Source: Eledone cirrhosa
Lineage: Eukaryota
Direction: 5' to 3'
NCBI GenBank assembly: GCA_964016885.1
Contig: CAXHJY010001048.1
Coordinates: 1 to 50,305, forward strand
DNA length: 50,305 nt
The notes under the pieces were generated by a model. The model was given only the letters and a program-made list of their open reading frames with translations, searched no databases and was not told where the DNA came from. Numbering within the stretch: position 1 is the first letter of the stretch; each line of letters begins with the position of its first letter. Shown piece after piece: positions 46,369 through 50,305 of this stretch. The position numbers and the translations under genes are program-made.

Positions 46369-47054
46369 ATATATATATAAGAATTAAAATACTAGAGTGT
46401 GTTGTAGTTAAACACCCTCTTCATATTATAGAAATGACAGTATAAGACAGTATAAGATATAGCTCAATGTAATTAAACAGAGCCGAAAAATTATAAAAAA
46501 TAATCCAATATTATAGATTTTAATATATGCCTGTTATTTGAGGTTCTATTCTGTTATATTTTGTAATATTTTGTGATATTTTGGGAATATTTATGCCAAT
46601 GTAAAATGACTTGACCTCCGTGTATTTCTTACAATGGTATAGATATTTTTTCAACACAATTTTTTTAACACAATTTAGTTCTATATGATTTTTTTTCTTA
46701 CCCTGTGTAAAACTTTATACTATTTGTTAACCTTGAATTATATATATGATGTAATTTTGTATATCTTTTGATGCCAATATATTATAATATTGTTATTATG
46801 ATGTTATTATAATGTTTTTATATTGTTTATGCACACTGACAGGGAATTATATATTATATTTTATTTTTATTTTTATCTTTATTCTTATTTTTATCTTTAT
46901 TATATTATACTGTAAACAATATATATATATATATTTAAATACTTAATAAGTGTTAGTTTGTGTTTGTACTAATGTGTATATGTATAGATATATATATATA
47001 CATATATTAAGCTTTTTATTATCACCATCTATTATATTATATTATATTATATTC

Positions 47055-47123
47055 TCGATAAAATAAAGTATCAGTAATACACTGGGTAATTGCTGGCCTT
47101 GTGCCAAAAGTAGAAACAATTAT
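47055..47123 (+). mobile_element. 5'-truncated SINE family A fragment in (ATTAT)n
   Basis: TCGATAAAATAAAGTATCAGT..GCTGGCCTTGTGCCAAAAGTAGAAACAATTAT matches the 3' part of 30897-31067. Confidence 0.8.
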
Positions 47124-47380
47124 ATTATATTATATTCTATATCGTACTGTAATTCTCGCATTATATTACCATTTGTGTTTCAAGTTTTTGCATTATACAA
47201 TATTTGCAATGTGGGTTCAACATGTTAATCACTTCCTTGCTATTTGGTCTATATCTATGTTTGTAACTGCTCACTCTTAATCTTTTCCTTGATATCTTTC
47301 CTAAGCTTTAATAGATGTATACTCCATATTCTTCTGAGTTTTTGGCTTGTATTGGCCGATAGTGATTCTTGTAGCTTTAC

Positions 47381-47427
47381 TTGCCCTGATGAGTCCTTAA
47401 TAGGACGAAACATTGTTGGCTAATAAA
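47381..47427 (+). ncRNA. Minimal type I hammerhead ribozyme followed by AATAAA
   Basis: GCC-CTGATGA(47386-47392)-GTCCT-TAAT-AGGAC-GAAA(47407-47410)-C-ATT-GTT-GGC; perfect core and stem II, short stem I. Confidence 0.82.
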
Positions 47428-47487
47428 GACTTTTGATGTATTGAAGGCTTCTTTGGTTTATTTTTTTATATATATATATATATATAT

Positions 47488-47679
47488 AACGAAGGAAATG
47501 TGGTAAGGAACCAGGTGGACCATAACGCACCAAAGTACTCAATACTTGAGGTAGTAGAGTGGGTAATAGGAACCAGTAAGACCCCGACAGCTGAGCTCAA
47601 GCCGTTTCGACGGCTAATTCTGTCCAGAATTAGCCGTCGAAAACGGCTTGAGCTCAGCTGTCGGGGTCTTACTGGTTCC

Positions 47680-47682
<3 letters not shown>
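47488..47682 (-). mobile_element. Unclassified ~195 bp hairpin element, copy 2 (78 bp tail + 117 nt palindrome)
   Basis: Reverse complement of 43504-43694; palindrome 47566-47682 with TC loop and a 1 nt bulge; flanked by (TA)n on both sides. Confidence 0.75.
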
Positions 47683-48620
<938 letters not shown>

Positions 48621-49140
48621 ATACTGATTAATGTTCAGAGCCATCCTCAGCATTCTCGTGTAGCACCCATCCACCATCTGAGTGAGTCTCTTGGTCAGTG
48701 TCCAAGTCTCAGACCCATACAGCAGCACAGACTCCACTACAGCAATGAAGAGGCGGATTTTCAGGTCTCTACGAAGGTCTGACTTCCACACCGATCTCAA
48801 GCTGTGACACGCCGCCCAGGCCTTGCTCTTCCTCTCAACCACATCATCTTCCGTATTCCCAATCTTTGCTCCCAAATACAGGAAGTCCTCAACCAATTCC
48901 AGCGGCTTCCCGCCTACATTAGTGATCCCCTCTGGCTTCTCAACATTCTCTACCAGATATTTTGTTTTAGTCTCATTCATTCTCAGCCCCACACTCATCG
49001 ACACAGTCTCAACCTCCCGCATCAAATCCCCCTGCCTCCTTCACTGTATTTGTCACCAAAACTATGTCGTCGGCAAACTCAGCATCCGATACCTTTTTCG
49101 CCCCAACTCTCCTGCTCTGAGCCGGTGCCACATTAATCAG
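48621..49140 (-). pseudogene. RTE-type LINE reverse transcriptase fragment (inverted 5' segment)
   Basis: Minus strand APAQSRRVGAKKVSDAEFADDIVL (FADD 49066-49077), one frameshift at the C run 49028-49032, then [40 protein letters not shown]. Confidence 0.92.
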
Positions 49141-49470
49141 TATACATTAATCAGTATACACTGAGGATGAAAAACTCAGAGCTGTATGGGAGCATCCCAA
49201 AAGTCAGCTCAAAAGTGACACAGAGAAGACTGAGGTTGGCTGGACATGCTCACCGACATCCAGAGTTGACATTGCACTCAGTGCTCCTTTGGGAGCCCCT
49301 ACATGGACACACTAGAAGAGGAAGACCAAGGTTAACATATGTTGATGCCCTAAGGACAGACACTGGTCTGTTGGAGATGCAGGATATGGCAGCGATAATG
49401 AGGGACAGAGACCGCTGGAGAGAACTCGTCCATGGATCTCGGGAATTTTACCCGCCTTAGATAGATAGAT
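49130..49470 (+). mobile_element. RTE-type LINE 3' segment with ORF stop and short (TAGA)n tail
   Basis: Continues the protein from INQY: TLRMKNSELYG..RRLRLAGH..RRGRPR..WRELV; TAG 49458-49460. Confidence 0.92.
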
Positions 49471-50108
<638 letters not shown>

Positions 50109-50305
50109 TTTATTAAAATAACAGATTAAAGTTTAAGCAAAGAATCGCTGCTTTCACCTATAACGGGATCTTCTGAAACTAACAAAGTCAATCTGTAAAC
50201 GCAGAAGTGGATATTTCAAAAAACGTTGCAACCGGAGTAAGACAGGAAGACGATACTTTGGTTCGTGGAAACGTTCCCTGGCAAAGAACGGGAAAAAACG
50301 AATAT

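Noticed and set aside
50110-50305. Possible exon at the window end (open frame SVNAEVDISKNV..GKNEY)
   Set aside because: Short, no convincing splice acceptor, no recognisable homology, and cut off by the window edge.

Overview
Repeat-saturated, apparently non-genic animal DNA. SINE families and microsatellite style suggest an octopus/cephalopod genome (recognition from memory, not a database hit). Bases 996-30866 are one ~30 kb compound minisatellite, unit (AGC/AAC)ACCAATGTAGAT(AAC)n, with nested higher-order duplications, set inside ACC/AAC low-complexity DNA. Nearly all long ORFs in the supplied track are artefacts of this array or of (TA)/(TG) microsatellites. The remaining ~19 kb is a retroelement graveyard: tRNA-type SINEs (two with clear target-site duplications, one nested), RTE-type LINE fragments (one 5'-inverted), and a Penelope-like GIY-YIG remnant. 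The two most striking signals are (i) 11 minimal type I hammerhead ribozyme motifs in ~15 kb, several with palindromic loop 3 and very long stem II, and (ii) a ~190 bp element ending in a 113-117 nt branched, covarying hairpin, present twice in inverted orientation and bracketing 4.2 kb. Fold-back inverted repeats are unusually frequent. No host gene, rRNA, true tRNA or CRISPR array is supported.
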